Below are positions 29,651 through 39,379 of a stretch of 64,000 bases of DNA, one piece after another (positions within the stretch are counted from its first letter, which is position 1; each line of letters begins with the position of its first letter). This DNA is from an uncultured delta proteobacterium. Its GTDB lineage: Bacteria; Desulfobacterota; Syntrophia; Syntrophales; UBA2185. The notes below the pieces were generated by a model that was not told the DNA's origin, did no database searches, and was given only the letters and a program-made list of their open reading frames with translations. The stretch covers positions 352,001 to 416,000 of the forward strand of contig CAVSPA010000006.1 of the NCBI GenBank assembly GCA_963729715.1, in the 5' to 3' direction. The position numbers and the translations under genes are program-made.

Positions 29651-31741
29651 CTAATTCTTATTAACTGAGACAACTTTTACAGGACTCCGCTGCCGGATAA
29701 AATTCAAAATTTCTATAGCAACCTCCTTTGGCCTTTCAAATTGAATGGCATGGCCGCTCGCCAATGAGACCAGTCGGTTCTGATTTTGGCCGGAAAATAG
29801 ATGGCCAATGAACTGCGAAACCTTATTGTTGTCCACAATCCGATCATTTTCTGCCATTATAGCAAGCACTGGGAGGGTGTTCCGCAGTATTGCCAACCAT
29901 GAAAGCTCCTGAACCTCATCCATGATGCTTATCGTTTTTAATGTAATCATGGTTGTTTTAAGATCATCGTTGTCAATAAAGTCAAGCCATTCATCGATCA
30001 GTGTGAAATCGGTTGCTTCCATGGGAATTGGTATGCAGGCATGGTTTCGTTCGGGTTTCAGTTTGAATTCAGAAATCATATCCATAATGATTTTCTCTCC
30101 GATACTCAAAACTGACCTGAATCGCTCGTTCCAGAAGAAGCCAGGAGTTAGCAGGATAAGGCTGGAGAGCATATCTCCGAGTCTCGCTGCGGCAACAGAA
30201 GCGTATTGTGCACCCTGGCACCAGCCTGCAAGATGAACCCTCTTAAAGGACTTATTTAGGAATTCGACGTGCTTGATAACATCTTCAATGACAAGTTGAA
30301 CAGAGCCCAAGTCTCCGCGCTTGTCATTTAACCCGCAACCACGCCGGTCAGGTGCAGCAACTGTTATGTCCGGTGCTATAGAACGCAGTTGAATTGCCAG
30401 CGGCGCCTGCCAGCCAGAATGACTCATGCCCCCGTGTAAAATCAACACCACGTCTTCCCCTTCGGTTTTACCCCAAACGCGGTAATGTATTTTATATTTA
30501 TCAGACGTTTCAAGAAAATGAACTTTGGGTGCGCCGTCGTCAGTGACCATGGGCATACGGCACTGCATTCCAAATCCGATATTCCAGTTTTCAGCCGGTA
30601 TGACCTTAAGTCCCTGAACTGTTTTGAAGTAATACGGAAAGTGCAAATTCAGCAGACCATTGCGGCCGAATCTCAGCATCGGGTCCACCGGCTCCCTCTC
30701 TACCAGATAGTCGCCGAACGCCCCTTCATGAGCAATGAGACTTTCTCCGGCGGCAGATGCGGCTATAAGTGCAGCCCTTGTGAGTAACGATGTTTCGCCC
30801 ACATGGCATCCGATGATGATCGGCCAACCCAGTCTTTTCAGCTCTTCAATCAGCCCTAAAGCTCGTGTAAGACCGCCAACCCGCGATATCTTTATATTCG
30901 CTATGAATTTTCCAGGTAGATCTTTATAGAGAGATAAATCTTCCAAGGTACACAGGCTTTCATCCAAAATAACGGGCAACCCCGTAGCCGTGCTGACCTT
31001 GCTTATGTCACCGGCATTGCGTGATCCTACGGGTTCTTCTATAGCGAAGACCCGTCCATCCAGTGCCCTTATATACGCTATAGCCTCGTCACATTGATCC
31101 TTCCATAAATTATTTGCGTCAAGACGAATACGTATGTCGCTGCTGTTATGCTGAATAGATAAATCTTCAAGAATGGAAATCTTTTCAATATCGCGTTCGA
31201 GGTTATTGCCATTTAACTTAATTTTAAAATCAGAAAATCCTCGAATCAGGTATTTATCCGCCAGCGTGGTATATTTCCATTTTTTATCATCCCCCAGAAC
31301 GGCAGTGTAGCGACCACGGAGTTCAAAGCCATCGAGTCCAAGCAACCCCTCAACACTACAACCTCTCTCCCGGGAAAAAAGATCAAGCAGTGCCATTTCT
31401 ATTGCACACCATGCTGATGGGTACTTATCGATTGCCGTGCTGTTATTTTCGACCCACTGTTTCAGGTCTTCCAGTGTTTCGAAATTCACCTTCCCGGTTG
31501 AAAAATTTTCCTCTACCCATTTGACACTCGACTCGAGATCATCACCGGCCACATAGGTTCTCGGACAACCCTCACCGTATCCCTTGTTTCCATTTCTTTT
31601 TGCCTGGACCCAGACGCTTTCTCCTTCATTTCTGGTTGCCGCGGCGTGACGGATTGTTGTCTTAAATTTTACCCGCAATGCCCTCACTTGTATGTGAATT
31701 GTTTGCGTAGTCATACGCTTTTCTCCATTATCCATGGCCAT
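29651..31741 (-). CDS. Fusion of an enolase-superfamily (muconate-lactonising/epimerase subgroup) domain and an alpha/beta-hydrolase with a Cys nucleophile
   Basis: N-part GYGEG.PR, FKIKL, RLDAN, IEEP, LDES, NIKISRVGG, GCHVGET. C-part LHGG, DRRGCG, GWCQG, ENDRIVD, GHAIQFE. A better RBS (GGAG) precedes the ATG at 31714. Confidence 0.85.
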   Translation of the reverse strand: MAMDNGEKRMTTQTIHIQVRALRVKFKTTIRHAAATRNEGESVWVQAKRNGNKGYGEGCPRTYVAGDDLESSVKWVEENFSTGKVNFETLEDLKQWVENNSTAIDKYPSAWCAIEMALLDLFSRERGCSVEGLLGLDGFELRGRYTAVLGDDKKWKYTTLADKYLIRGFSDFKIKLNGNNLERDIEKISILEDLSIQHNSSDIRIRLDANNLWKDQCDEAIAYIRALDGRVFAIEEPVGSRNAGDISKVSTATGLPVILDESLCTLEDLSLYKDLPGKFIANIKISRVGGLTRALGLIEELKRLGWPIIIGCHVGETSLLTRAALIAASAAGESLIAHEGAFGDYLVEREPVDPMLRFGRNGLLNLHFPYYFKTVQGLKVIPAENWNIGFGMQCRMPMVTDDGAPKVHFLETSDKYKIHYRVWGKTEGEDVVLILHGGMSHSGWQAPLAIQLRSIAPDITVAAPDRRGCGLNDKRGDLGSVQLVIEDVIKHVEFLNKSFKRVHLAGWCQGAQYASVAAARLGDMLSSLILLTPGFFWNERFRSVLSIGEKIIMDMISEFKLKPERNHACIPIPMEATDFTLIDEWLDFIDNDDLKTTMITLKTISIMDEVQELSWLAILRNTLPVLAIMAENDRIVDNNKVSQFIGHLFSGQNQNRLVSLASGHAIQFERPKEVAIEILNFIRQRSPVKVVSVNKN

Positions 31742-31786
31742 TTTGAAACCTTTATCTGTATCTATGATGAGAATTCCGAGTGGTAA

Positions 31787-34627
31787 TCATATTTTTTTGT
31801 CCAACACTTCCCTTACTTTTTGCGAAAGGGTATTTACACTGTACGGTTTTTGAATGAAGCCATAGCAGCCCTCTTCCATCATCCTTGTTGAACGTGCGTC
31901 TGCGCTGTATCCGCTCGAAAGGATCACCTTGATGCCGGGATCGATGGACTTGAGAGCATTGAATGTTTCCCCCCCATCCATTTCCGGCATGATCATGTCC
32001 AGGATCACCATATCAATTTCACCTTGTTTTTCTTTGTATATATCTACGGCTTCGCGACCGCTCCTCGCTACAGAAACCTTGTACCCCAGCACCTCCAGGA
32101 TCTCGCTGCCCACATCAATGATCACGTCTTCGTCATCCACGAGAAGGATTGTCCCCTCACCCCTTGCTATGTCTGTTGAGACTTTCTCTTCCTTGACAAG
32201 CTCTTTCTCTGAAGCAGGAAGATAGATGGTAAACGTCGCCCCGTGGCCCTTTTCACTGTATACATCTATTATACCGTTGTGGCCTTTGACAATACCGTAG
32301 ACAGATGCAAGACCGAGACCCGTACCCCTTCCCATCTCTTTCGTCGTGAAAAAGGGCTCAAAGATTCTGTCCCGCGTCTGTTCATCCATCCCGATACCCG
32401 TATCGGTTACAGCGATCCGTACATACCTTCCGGGCTTCACACCATACGGTCTAGCGGACTCCTCGTCAAGAAAGACGTTAGCAGTTTCCAGATACAAATC
32501 GCCGCCGCCAGGCATGGCCTGCCAGGCATTGACATAAATATTCAAAAGCACCTGCTCTATCTGCCCGCGATCAACCTCCACCGCCCAGATATTGTCCTTG
32601 TGGTTACGGTGAATAGTAATTTCCTTCTTCGTTCTCCCGAACATGGCTGACGTCTTGTTGATAATTTCGTTCATATCGGTTACGGCGACTTCATATTTGC
32701 CGCCACGGGCAAAGCCCAATAGCTGCTTGGTCAGCTCGGCGCCGCTTCTCACCTGATCTTCAATTCCCTTTAATTTATCATAAAGAGGGTGAGTGATATT
32801 CATATCGAGAAACATTAGAGAGGCATACCCCTGTATGCCCGTGAGGAGATTGTTGAAGTCATGGGCGATGCCTCCGGCAAGAGTACCCACGGCTTCCATC
32901 TTCTGGGCATGGAGCAGCTGTGATTCAAGCTGTTTCTGTTCGGAGATATCCCTGAATATTCCCACGATACCTGTTACATTTCCCTTTAAATCAAGATTTG
33001 GGGCTCCACTTATATTAAATACCCTTTCGGACCCATCTTTGTGCAGAATCGTGCCGACCCTGTCCCTCAGAATAAGTTTTCCATCCCTTACCTGCTCAAA
33101 AAGGAGGAGGTATTCTCTGGCGTCCTTCTTTGCCATAAAATCGACAAAATTTCGTCCTATGACCTCATCGGTCCGATGTCCCAGAATTTTCTCCCAGACG
33201 GGATTTATATAAGTAAATGAACCATTAAAATCAAGAGTGTAAATAATATCAGGAGCATTCTCACTTAAGGAGCGGAACCGCTCTTCGCTTTCGAGTATTT
33301 TTTGATAGGATGTCGCATTATTTATGCTGATGGCTATGTGGGTCGCGATCCCCATGAGAAGGCTGACATCACTCTGCGTAAGATGCCTCTTTGATCTGAC
33401 GTTATCAACCATCAGGACGCCGAGAGACTCGTGTTCGAAAACAATGGGAACGCATATGAACGACTTGGCACCCATCATTCGGGCAAACTCATGACTCTTC
33501 TTCGAGAGGCTGTCTTCTATTTCGGAAATATCATCAATCAGGATAGGTTTCTGCAAACGAAAGGACTCCACTGTAGGTCCCCTCGAATTAGGCCTATTAA
33601 GGTGAAACGCCACACCTGTGAGAAATTCCTCATGCTCAGGGTTGTAGCCATAACCAATGGCATACACGAGACGGGTTCTATCCTGGTTGGCAAGCATGAT
33701 CATGCCCCGATCAAAATCAAGACGTTTCTCCATGGCTTCCATAACTAGCTTGAGCAGTTTTTCGCTATCCAAAATCATGGAGGTTGCCTGGCCGATCTCC
33801 TGAATGAGGAGGGCATTGTTATAACGGATGTTGATCTCACCTAACAGGTTATCGGCTAAATCACCCTGCTTTTTCAGGTTTATCGCAAGCTCCTTTTTTT
33901 CTACATACTCAGAGTAAAAAACAAAAATAAATACAAGCAATACATAGAGCAAAACGGGCACTGCCCAAGCCCACTCGGTATCGTGGAGAATAAAGAATAA
34001 GATCGGGCAGACCACAAAAGCCGAAAGTGCGACGTAATTGCGGACTGTCTTCCACGTAAAAGAAGGCACTTTCTCCCAGCTTATAATATAGCGGCAACTG
34101 CCTCCTCCTTTATGAATACAGGTCGGGTGTTCTACACTGGCGAATTTGGTTGTGAAAAGTTTGGCAATTGCCTCGAAGTTTGCGAGCCGATACTGACATT
34201 GAAAGGGTTTCTCTTCTACGCCGGGGTTTGGGGTGACGACAATTTCGACCTGGTTTCTTCCAAGACTTCTTACATGAATGGTTGAGGCGCGACTGAAAAA
34301 ATGATGCAGTTTACCAAGGACTGAGTAAGCGACGGAAGGCGTTATAAAACCCAATGCGTATTGCGATACGGCGCCACCAGCTTTTGAGAATGGAGCATTA
34401 CGGCCGACATTCTTGGGAATGTCGGGGTCTTTTGTTTGTTGGGTCATGCCTTCGTGAAAAAGATCTATTTGCCTCTGGCTGAACCAGTGCCCCCCATCTT
34501 CGAGCTGGTAGGTTGTAATTCCGGCATAATTGAGAAGCGTATCTATATTGACATCGGGATGATGCTCGTTAAGGTATTCAATGTAGTTCTTAATCAGTCT
34601 GCTGCTGTATAATCCGGCGTCATTCAT
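31787..34627 (-). CDS. Hybrid sensor histidine kinase: V4R-like, 2 TM, GAF, PAS, HisKA, HATPase, REC
   Basis: FQC...[18 protein letters not shown] hairpin; FICVPI GAF; APDIIY..INP PAS; AHDFNN H-box; N/G1/F/G2 boxes; ILLVDDE...LDMIMP...KP receiver. Confidence 0.9.
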   Translation of the reverse strand: MNDAGLYSSRLIKNYIEYLNEHHPDVNIDTLLNYAGITTYQLEDGGHWFSQRQIDLFHEGMTQQTKDPDIPKNVGRNAPFSKAGGAVSQYALGFITPSVAYSVLGKLHHFFSRASTIHVRSLGRNQVEIVVTPNPGVEEKPFQCQYRLANFEAIAKLFTTKFASVEHPTCIHKGGGSCRYIISWEKVPSFTWKTVRNYVALSAFVVCPILFFILHDTEWAWAVPVLLYVLLVFIFVFYSEYVEKKELAINLKKQGDLADNLLGEINIRYNNALLIQEIGQATSMILDSEKLLKLVMEAMEKRLDFDRGMIMLANQDRTRLVYAIGYGYNPEHEEFLTGVAFHLNRPNSRGPTVESFRLQKPILIDDISEIEDSLSKKSHEFARMMGAKSFICVPIVFEHESLGVLMVDNVRSKRHLTQSDVSLLMGIATHIAISINNATSYQKILESEERFRSLSENAPDIIYTLDFNGSFTYINPVWEKILGHRTDEVIGRNFVDFMAKKDAREYLLLFEQVRDGKLILRDRVGTILHKDGSERVFNISGAPNLDLKGNVTGIVGIFRDISEQKQLESQLLHAQKMEAVGTLAGGIAHDFNNLLTGIQGYASLMFLDMNITHPLYDKLKGIEDQVRSGAELTKQLLGFARGGKYEVAVTDMNEIINKTSAMFGRTKKEITIHRNHKDNIWAVEVDRGQIEQVLLNIYVNAWQAMPGGGDLYLETANVFLDEESARPYGVKPGRYVRIAVTDTGIGMDEQTRDRIFEPFFTTKEMGRGTGLGLASVYGIVKGHNGIIDVYSEKGHGATFTIYLPASEKELVKEEKVSTDIARGEGTILLVDDEDVIIDVGSEILEVLGYKVSVARSGREAVDIYKEKQGEIDMVILDMIMPEMDGGETFNALKSIDPGIKVILSSGYSADARSTRMMEEGCYGFIQKPYSVNTLSQKVREVLDKKI

Positions 34628-34652
34628 TCTACGATTCTCAGGATAAATTGTA

Positions 34653-36743
34653 CTACTCGTATTTCATTCTAAAATGGCGCTGCACGTACTCCATAAATTT
34701 ATTGGAATGGCGCATATTCGTGATCCATAGTTGATACTTCTTTTCGCTCGGGATGTGCATAACATCAGAATAAACGGATGGATAAATTAAAAGAGGAATG
34801 CTGTCAAGGTGATAAACCCCCGTTAGTTGGCCAACAGCAAGAGAAAGAACTTCCCAAGGCAAATTCTCCGAGTCAACTACAATAGCGTTTATGCCATTTA
34901 AAAGCTCAGATAGATTTACTCCCACATCAGACTGATTAACAATCATAACGGCTCTCAGATAGTCCCCTTCTGTAAGTGAGTATACTTCCCATTTTCTTGT
35001 GAAACCGAGCCGTTGGGATACGTGCTCCAGTGAGTCCCCCGTAAGGTCATTTTTCCCTAAATTTAGCACATCGAACAATAACCCTCCGGAGGAATGTTTC
35101 AAAAATTGCTCGAGGTGCCATAATTCGGATTTGGTGCTTTCGTGTAATGACCAGCCCCGTGGCAGTTCTTTCTGGGGTATTCCGACAGGAAATGTCATAT
35201 AAGAAAAGAGGTCAAGCGAACAGATACGGGGATTATCCAACTTTCTCGCAAAGCCGCCGAAGACGCGATCGGGAAATTTGTTCTCCGGGCGGAAGAAGCA
35301 CATGACGTAGTCCATATTTGCGGAAGGAAGATGGTACATGCCGTACAAAAAAAGCATCATATGTTTTAGAATCTGAAAGCCCGGCAGTTTATTGTGCATT
35401 GGCCTCGCCGCGTGGTGATGTATCAACCAGGCGCGCTCATAGGCCCTGAGCATGGACATATGACCGTATATTCGCCCATTTTCCTCGTAGGTAAAATGCA
35501 TGGCGATTTCGGCATTTTCCTGATAGAGCTTTCTGTAGGTATTCTTAAAATCTTCCCGCCGGTCATGGAGTAGTTTATACTTCTTAGGGTATATGAAACC
35601 GGTATCGAAGAAGAATTCCCAGAGGGCATCCATATCGACTTCCGTGGATATGCAGGAATGATGATCCATATTTAAAGCAATGATCCTATTCAAACGGCTG
35701 TAGCTGTGGACGTCCATATCCAGGATGGCAATGCCGCAGCAGACTTTATTTTCCTCCTGCTTCTTGCGGTAGATTACCTGGGCCGTACAGTTCATTTTCA
35801 GCTCCCCGGCATAGATTATTGACAGCCCATGTATAATCATGCCCGGCAGCAATATGCCCTCTATGGCATCGTCATACACAGAAAAACCAGTAATGGAGAT
35901 GTCTGTGATTTCTCGCTGGACTTTTCTTCCAAAAAATGGATGTTCAAAGATGGCCATCGGAGGGGGGAATATCCGGTGGCGGGGATGGCGAATCGTTCTC
36001 GTCTGGAAGCGTTTGATCTGTTCACTCGGGGGGGCAACGACGATTTCCCAATCGTGAGTTTCATGCGTTTGTCTTAAACAGCGGCAGTTTCCCGAAAAAA
36101 GCATTTTACCGTCGCTCGTTAATCTGATGGTAACCGTGGCATCGGGATTGAATTCGTGATATGATGAGGGCATTTCAGGGCTTACTCTTATGCGGAAAGA
36201 CTGCGGGCTGAAATCTATAAGGCTGCCCCTGGCCAAAAAGCCGCTCTGCGTCAACTCCACAGTGACATCCCGGCAGGGAAAGCGATTTGTCACTCGCTTG
36301 CTTATAAGGTAGCTCTCGTCCGGCAGCTCTACCTTAAATCCTGCACTGTCTATACCGAGAAGTTTTGCAGGAATAAGGATGATGGACTGTTGATCCATTA
36401 CTATCAGGTAACTGAACTGGAAATTTTCCAGGCCGAAACTCATGTGACTCTTATCCCAGGAACAGGCTAATTCGTCTCCTTCGATAGCTTCCGGCATTGC
36501 ATTTACAAGAATAGCTTGGTCATACTTAGGATGGCGCAACAGGGCGCAGATAGGATCGCCCATAAAATGGATCCGGTTCAGAGTATTCATCAGATTCTCT
36601 TTTTTGATGTGGCTGCCGGCATCGATGGCGTTAATGAGATCATCGTGCTGAAAAAACCACAGGGGCAGGAATGGTTCCTCAGGAGCCTTTCTGACTTTCC
36701 CGATGTCAATGAGGATGGGTTGCCTGATTTTTTTGTCTTCCAT
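34653..36743 (-). CDS. Tandem PilZ-domain protein with a C-terminal GNAT-like region
   Basis: KRVTNR...DFSPQS and RHPRHR...DISITG PilZ-type motifs. The ~330-aa C-terminus (LWEFFFDTGFIYP, GRIYGHMSM, FRPENKFP) is GNAT-like by pattern only. Confidence 0.75.
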   Translation of the reverse strand: MEDKKIRQPILIDIGKVRKAPEEPFLPLWFFQHDDLINAIDAGSHIKKENLMNTLNRIHFMGDPICALLRHPKYDQAILVNAMPEAIEGDELACSWDKSHMSFGLENFQFSYLIVMDQQSIILIPAKLLGIDSAGFKVELPDESYLISKRVTNRFPCRDVTVELTQSGFLARGSLIDFSPQSFRIRVSPEMPSSYHEFNPDATVTIRLTSDGKMLFSGNCRCLRQTHETHDWEIVVAPPSEQIKRFQTRTIRHPRHRIFPPPMAIFEHPFFGRKVQREITDISITGFSVYDDAIEGILLPGMIIHGLSIIYAGELKMNCTAQVIYRKKQEENKVCCGIAILDMDVHSYSRLNRIIALNMDHHSCISTEVDMDALWEFFFDTGFIYPKKYKLLHDRREDFKNTYRKLYQENAEIAMHFTYEENGRIYGHMSMLRAYERAWLIHHHAARPMHNKLPGFQILKHMMLFLYGMYHLPSANMDYVMCFFRPENKFPDRVFGGFARKLDNPRICSLDLFSYMTFPVGIPQKELPRGWSLHESTKSELWHLEQFLKHSSGGLLFDVLNLGKNDLTGDSLEHVSQRLGFTRKWEVYSLTEGDYLRAVMIVNQSDVGVNLSELLNGINAIVVDSENLPWEVLSLAVGQLTGVYHLDSIPLLIYPSVYSDVMHIPSEKKYQLWITNMRHSNKFMEYVQRHFRMKYE

Positions 36744-36975
36744 TTATCGAAGGCCTACAATTTTTTCGACATAACAAATTTGCGGCAGCTATTCCATGTA
36801 GTCGAGAAATGTTCAGGATGCCACTATTCTTAAAAAGCGTATTCGGCCATAAGGATTTGAAAGCAAATACAGCGTAGAAGGCAAAAATGCGATTTCCGCA
36901 AGACAGATGAGGAGATGCCGGATCGGAAAAGACCACTTTATATTGATCCGGAAAAGCTGCCCTTCCTTCCCTTAG

Positions 36976-36999
36976 ATATAAATTAGTGTCAATTTATAT
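36976..36999. promoter_or_regulatory. Inverted repeat ATATAAATT-N6-AATTTATAT, candidate operator
   Basis: Perfect 9-bp arms about 230 bp upstream of the PilZ gene, overlapping one minus-strand TTGACA and near another. Confidence 0.4.
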
Positions 37000-37145
37000 A
37001 CTAAATGCTTCTTTCATGTCAAATTTTATATGACGAGAGAGGGGGCTTTTGAATTCAGTGGCGAGCGCATTCTCCGCGGCCTACTGTGGAGAGCTTCAAT
37101 CACCTTAGGAATATCATCAATGGTATGGTATTACTCGAATATTTG

Positions 37146-38003
37146 TCATTCGGCGGATGGCTTCCGATTTAGTTGCGGCGGTCTCTTAATCTCAATATAA
37201 CCTCCCAGACCGACGGCTTTGAATATCTCCTCGATGGTTGCGCCCATCGTATGCACTATCATTCCCTCCGGATCAGGCATGGGTGATAATAATACCAGCT
37301 TGTTATCAAACCTTCTGAAGCTCAGGTCTACGATGCTGTAGGCTACAATGACGACGCCGGATAGAGAAATAAGCTCCCTCTCAAGCGTGAGGCACGTGGT
37401 GGAAATTACATCCTTCAGGAATTCCGGCAAACCAAATTTCTCCATAAATTTCATGCCGAGCTGTGATTGATGCTGAGAGATAAAATCATCGTCTATCGCC
37501 GCTTGCTCATACTCATCTTTATACAGCGACTTGTAGAGGGCGATGATGATCTTACCGATTTCGAGGAGAAGGCCCCCTATCTCTACTCTTCTTGTGTCGT
37601 CGTCCCTCAGGCCGAACTCTTTCGCGAGAATCCTGCCCCCGATTATGGAAGTTGCAAAACTTTTTGCGCAAATAATTCTCACTTCCTTGTCCTTTGACAG
37701 GGCTGCAAACGACAAGAATATTATGAGAACACGGGCAAAGTCCATGCCCAGCCGGGAAACAACCTTGTAGAATGTATCGACAGTTCCTCTTTTCAGATGC
37801 CCGTAATAGGCGGAGTTGGCTATGCTGAAAAGTCTTACCAGGATTTCGTCTCCCACTTTTGACTTCAAAAGCTCAATCTCACTCTCGTCCGCGTCGGGAT
37901 CGCTGAGCACGGCAAGCACGTCCGGATTAAAACCGACGTTGACATTGTTGAGAATCTTATCTTCAATATCTAAAATTATCTGATTAACTGTTTCGGCGTC
38001 CAT
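37146..38003 (-). CDS. HDOD-domain protein
   Basis: L.RL.SIANSAYY, V..LG, GLLLEIGK (LHD degenerate), HQSQLG...KFGLP; AGGAGG RBS. Confidence 0.82.
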   Translation of the reverse strand: MDAETVNQIILDIEDKILNNVNVGFNPDVLAVLSDPDADESEIELLKSKVGDEILVRLFSIANSAYYGHLKRGTVDTFYKVVSRLGMDFARVLIIFLSFAALSKDKEVRIICAKSFATSIIGGRILAKEFGLRDDDTRRVEIGGLLLEIGKIIIALYKSLYKDEYEQAAIDDDFISQHQSQLGMKFMEKFGLPEFLKDVISTTCLTLERELISLSGVVIVAYSIVDLSFRRFDNKLVLLSPMPDPEGMIVHTMGATIEEIFKAVGLGGYIEIKRPPQLNRKPSAE

Positions 38004-38493
38004 TTTCTGACCGCTCCTCCTGTCAATGAGACCGAATACTGAGGAGTAATGCTGAATAATTTAGATAGGCGCTTAGCTAATTTCTTATCCAGCACGTTCT
38101 TCAATGACCTGTGCAAGGTATTCATCGTGCATAGCTGCTGAAGAGATGCCCCCTCCACATCCTAAGGTGAGTTGGTGTTCGATGTAGATACCATAAATAT
38201 GGAAAAAGTTACAGGGTATAAATGTTTTTACTTGCATGAAGAACATAATGTCCACCCCTTAAGTGGGTAGCTTGGATTATGGAAGAGTCCTTCCATCGAA
38301 GATCAGGAGAGTAGGGTACATTCGTCTTGAGGTTGATCGGTAAATTTGATAAGTACTTTTATGTTCTGCTGTCTTGCAGCAAACGGCGGGGGCTTAATGT
38401 TCCAGTCGCGTCTCTTGTAAATACTTCCAATATTGCTGGGCAAGCCGGTATGCCCTGCTATCGATTTTTTTTGCGCGTTAAAAGGAGAAACCT

Positions 38494-39300
38494 ATGGGAT
38501 TAGTCTATGAGAAGGAAGGACATATCGCAAAAGTAGGTCTGAATCGTCCCGAGGAAAAGAACGCCCTCGATCCCGAAATCCTGATGGACTTGCATCGCGC
38601 GTGGACGGATATCAATGAGGACGAGATGGTGCGCGTCGTCATTCTCTATTCATGCCTGTCGGACATTTTTTGCTCCGGCATGGATCTGAAAACGGCCATA
38701 CCTGTGCTCACAAAGGCCAGGGAGCCGAGGAGCGAATCAGAGCGATGGCTGGTGCAGGTGGGACCGCATGTAGGGGAAGCCATGTTGAAGCCGAACATCG
38801 TGAAGAAGCCCGTAATTGCCGCCATCAACGGTTACTGTCTGACAGGGGGCTTTGAGATGGTTATGGGAGCCGATCTTCGCGTCGCCGCGGCAAATGCAGT
38901 TTTTCAAATGCGAGAAGCCAGTCTCGGCATCATGCCGGTCGGCGGTTCGAATGTCTATCTGCCCCGGCATTTGTCACCCTGCCGTGCCTTGGAAATCCTT
39001 CTGACGGCGGGTAACTTCCGTGCGAGAACCCTCCTCGAGTGGGGTTTCCTCAATCACGTGGTATCAGAGGAAGACCTGATGAAGAAAACCATGGAATTAG
39101 GGGACAGGATTGCGAGTAACGGTCCCCTTGCCGTTCAGGGTATCATCAGATGCGTCCGGGAATCGCAGGATATGTCATTTGCTGATGCCTTCAGGAGGGA
39201 ACTGGAGATCGGCATGCCCGTATTCGGCAGTAAGGACGCACGTGAAGGCATTCTTGCCCAGAAGGAAAAGCGGAAACCGAATTTTCCGGGCCGGTACTAG
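38494..39300 (+). CDS. Enoyl-CoA hydratase/isomerase (crotonase) family protein
   Basis: LNRPE.KNAL, FCSGMDL, KPVIAAING, GGFE, REASLG, DAREG. Confidence 0.9.
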   Translation: MGLVYEKEGHIAKVGLNRPEEKNALDPEILMDLHRAWTDINEDEMVRVVILYSCLSDIFCSGMDLKTAIPVLTKAREPRSESERWLVQVGPHVGEAMLKPNIVKKPVIAAINGYCLTGGFEMVMGADLRVAAANAVFQMREASLGIMPVGGSNVYLPRHLSPCRALEILLTAGNFRARTLLEWGFLNHVVSEEDLMKKTMELGDRIASNGPLAVQGIIRCVRESQDMSFADAFRRELEIGMPVFGSKDAREGILAQKEKRKPNFPGRY

Positions 39301-39379
39301 AGATTTTATTGAAGGTCCCGTCTGATAGTGAGATACACTATGGGGGCGTGAGTTCCTAATATCGGGGAAAATACCTGCC

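Noticed and set aside
29651..31741. Horizontal acquisition of the fusion gene, suggested by locally AT-richer stretches
   Set aside because: Only an impression from a few lines. No flanking repeats or mobility genes were seen, and a computed GC/codon profile is needed.
38494..39300. Enoyl-CoA hydratase as an RpfF-like DSF signal synthase for the nearby kinase
   Set aside because: It is divergently transcribed, separated from the operon by the HDOD gene, and looks like an ordinary crotonase. Nothing specific supports RpfF.
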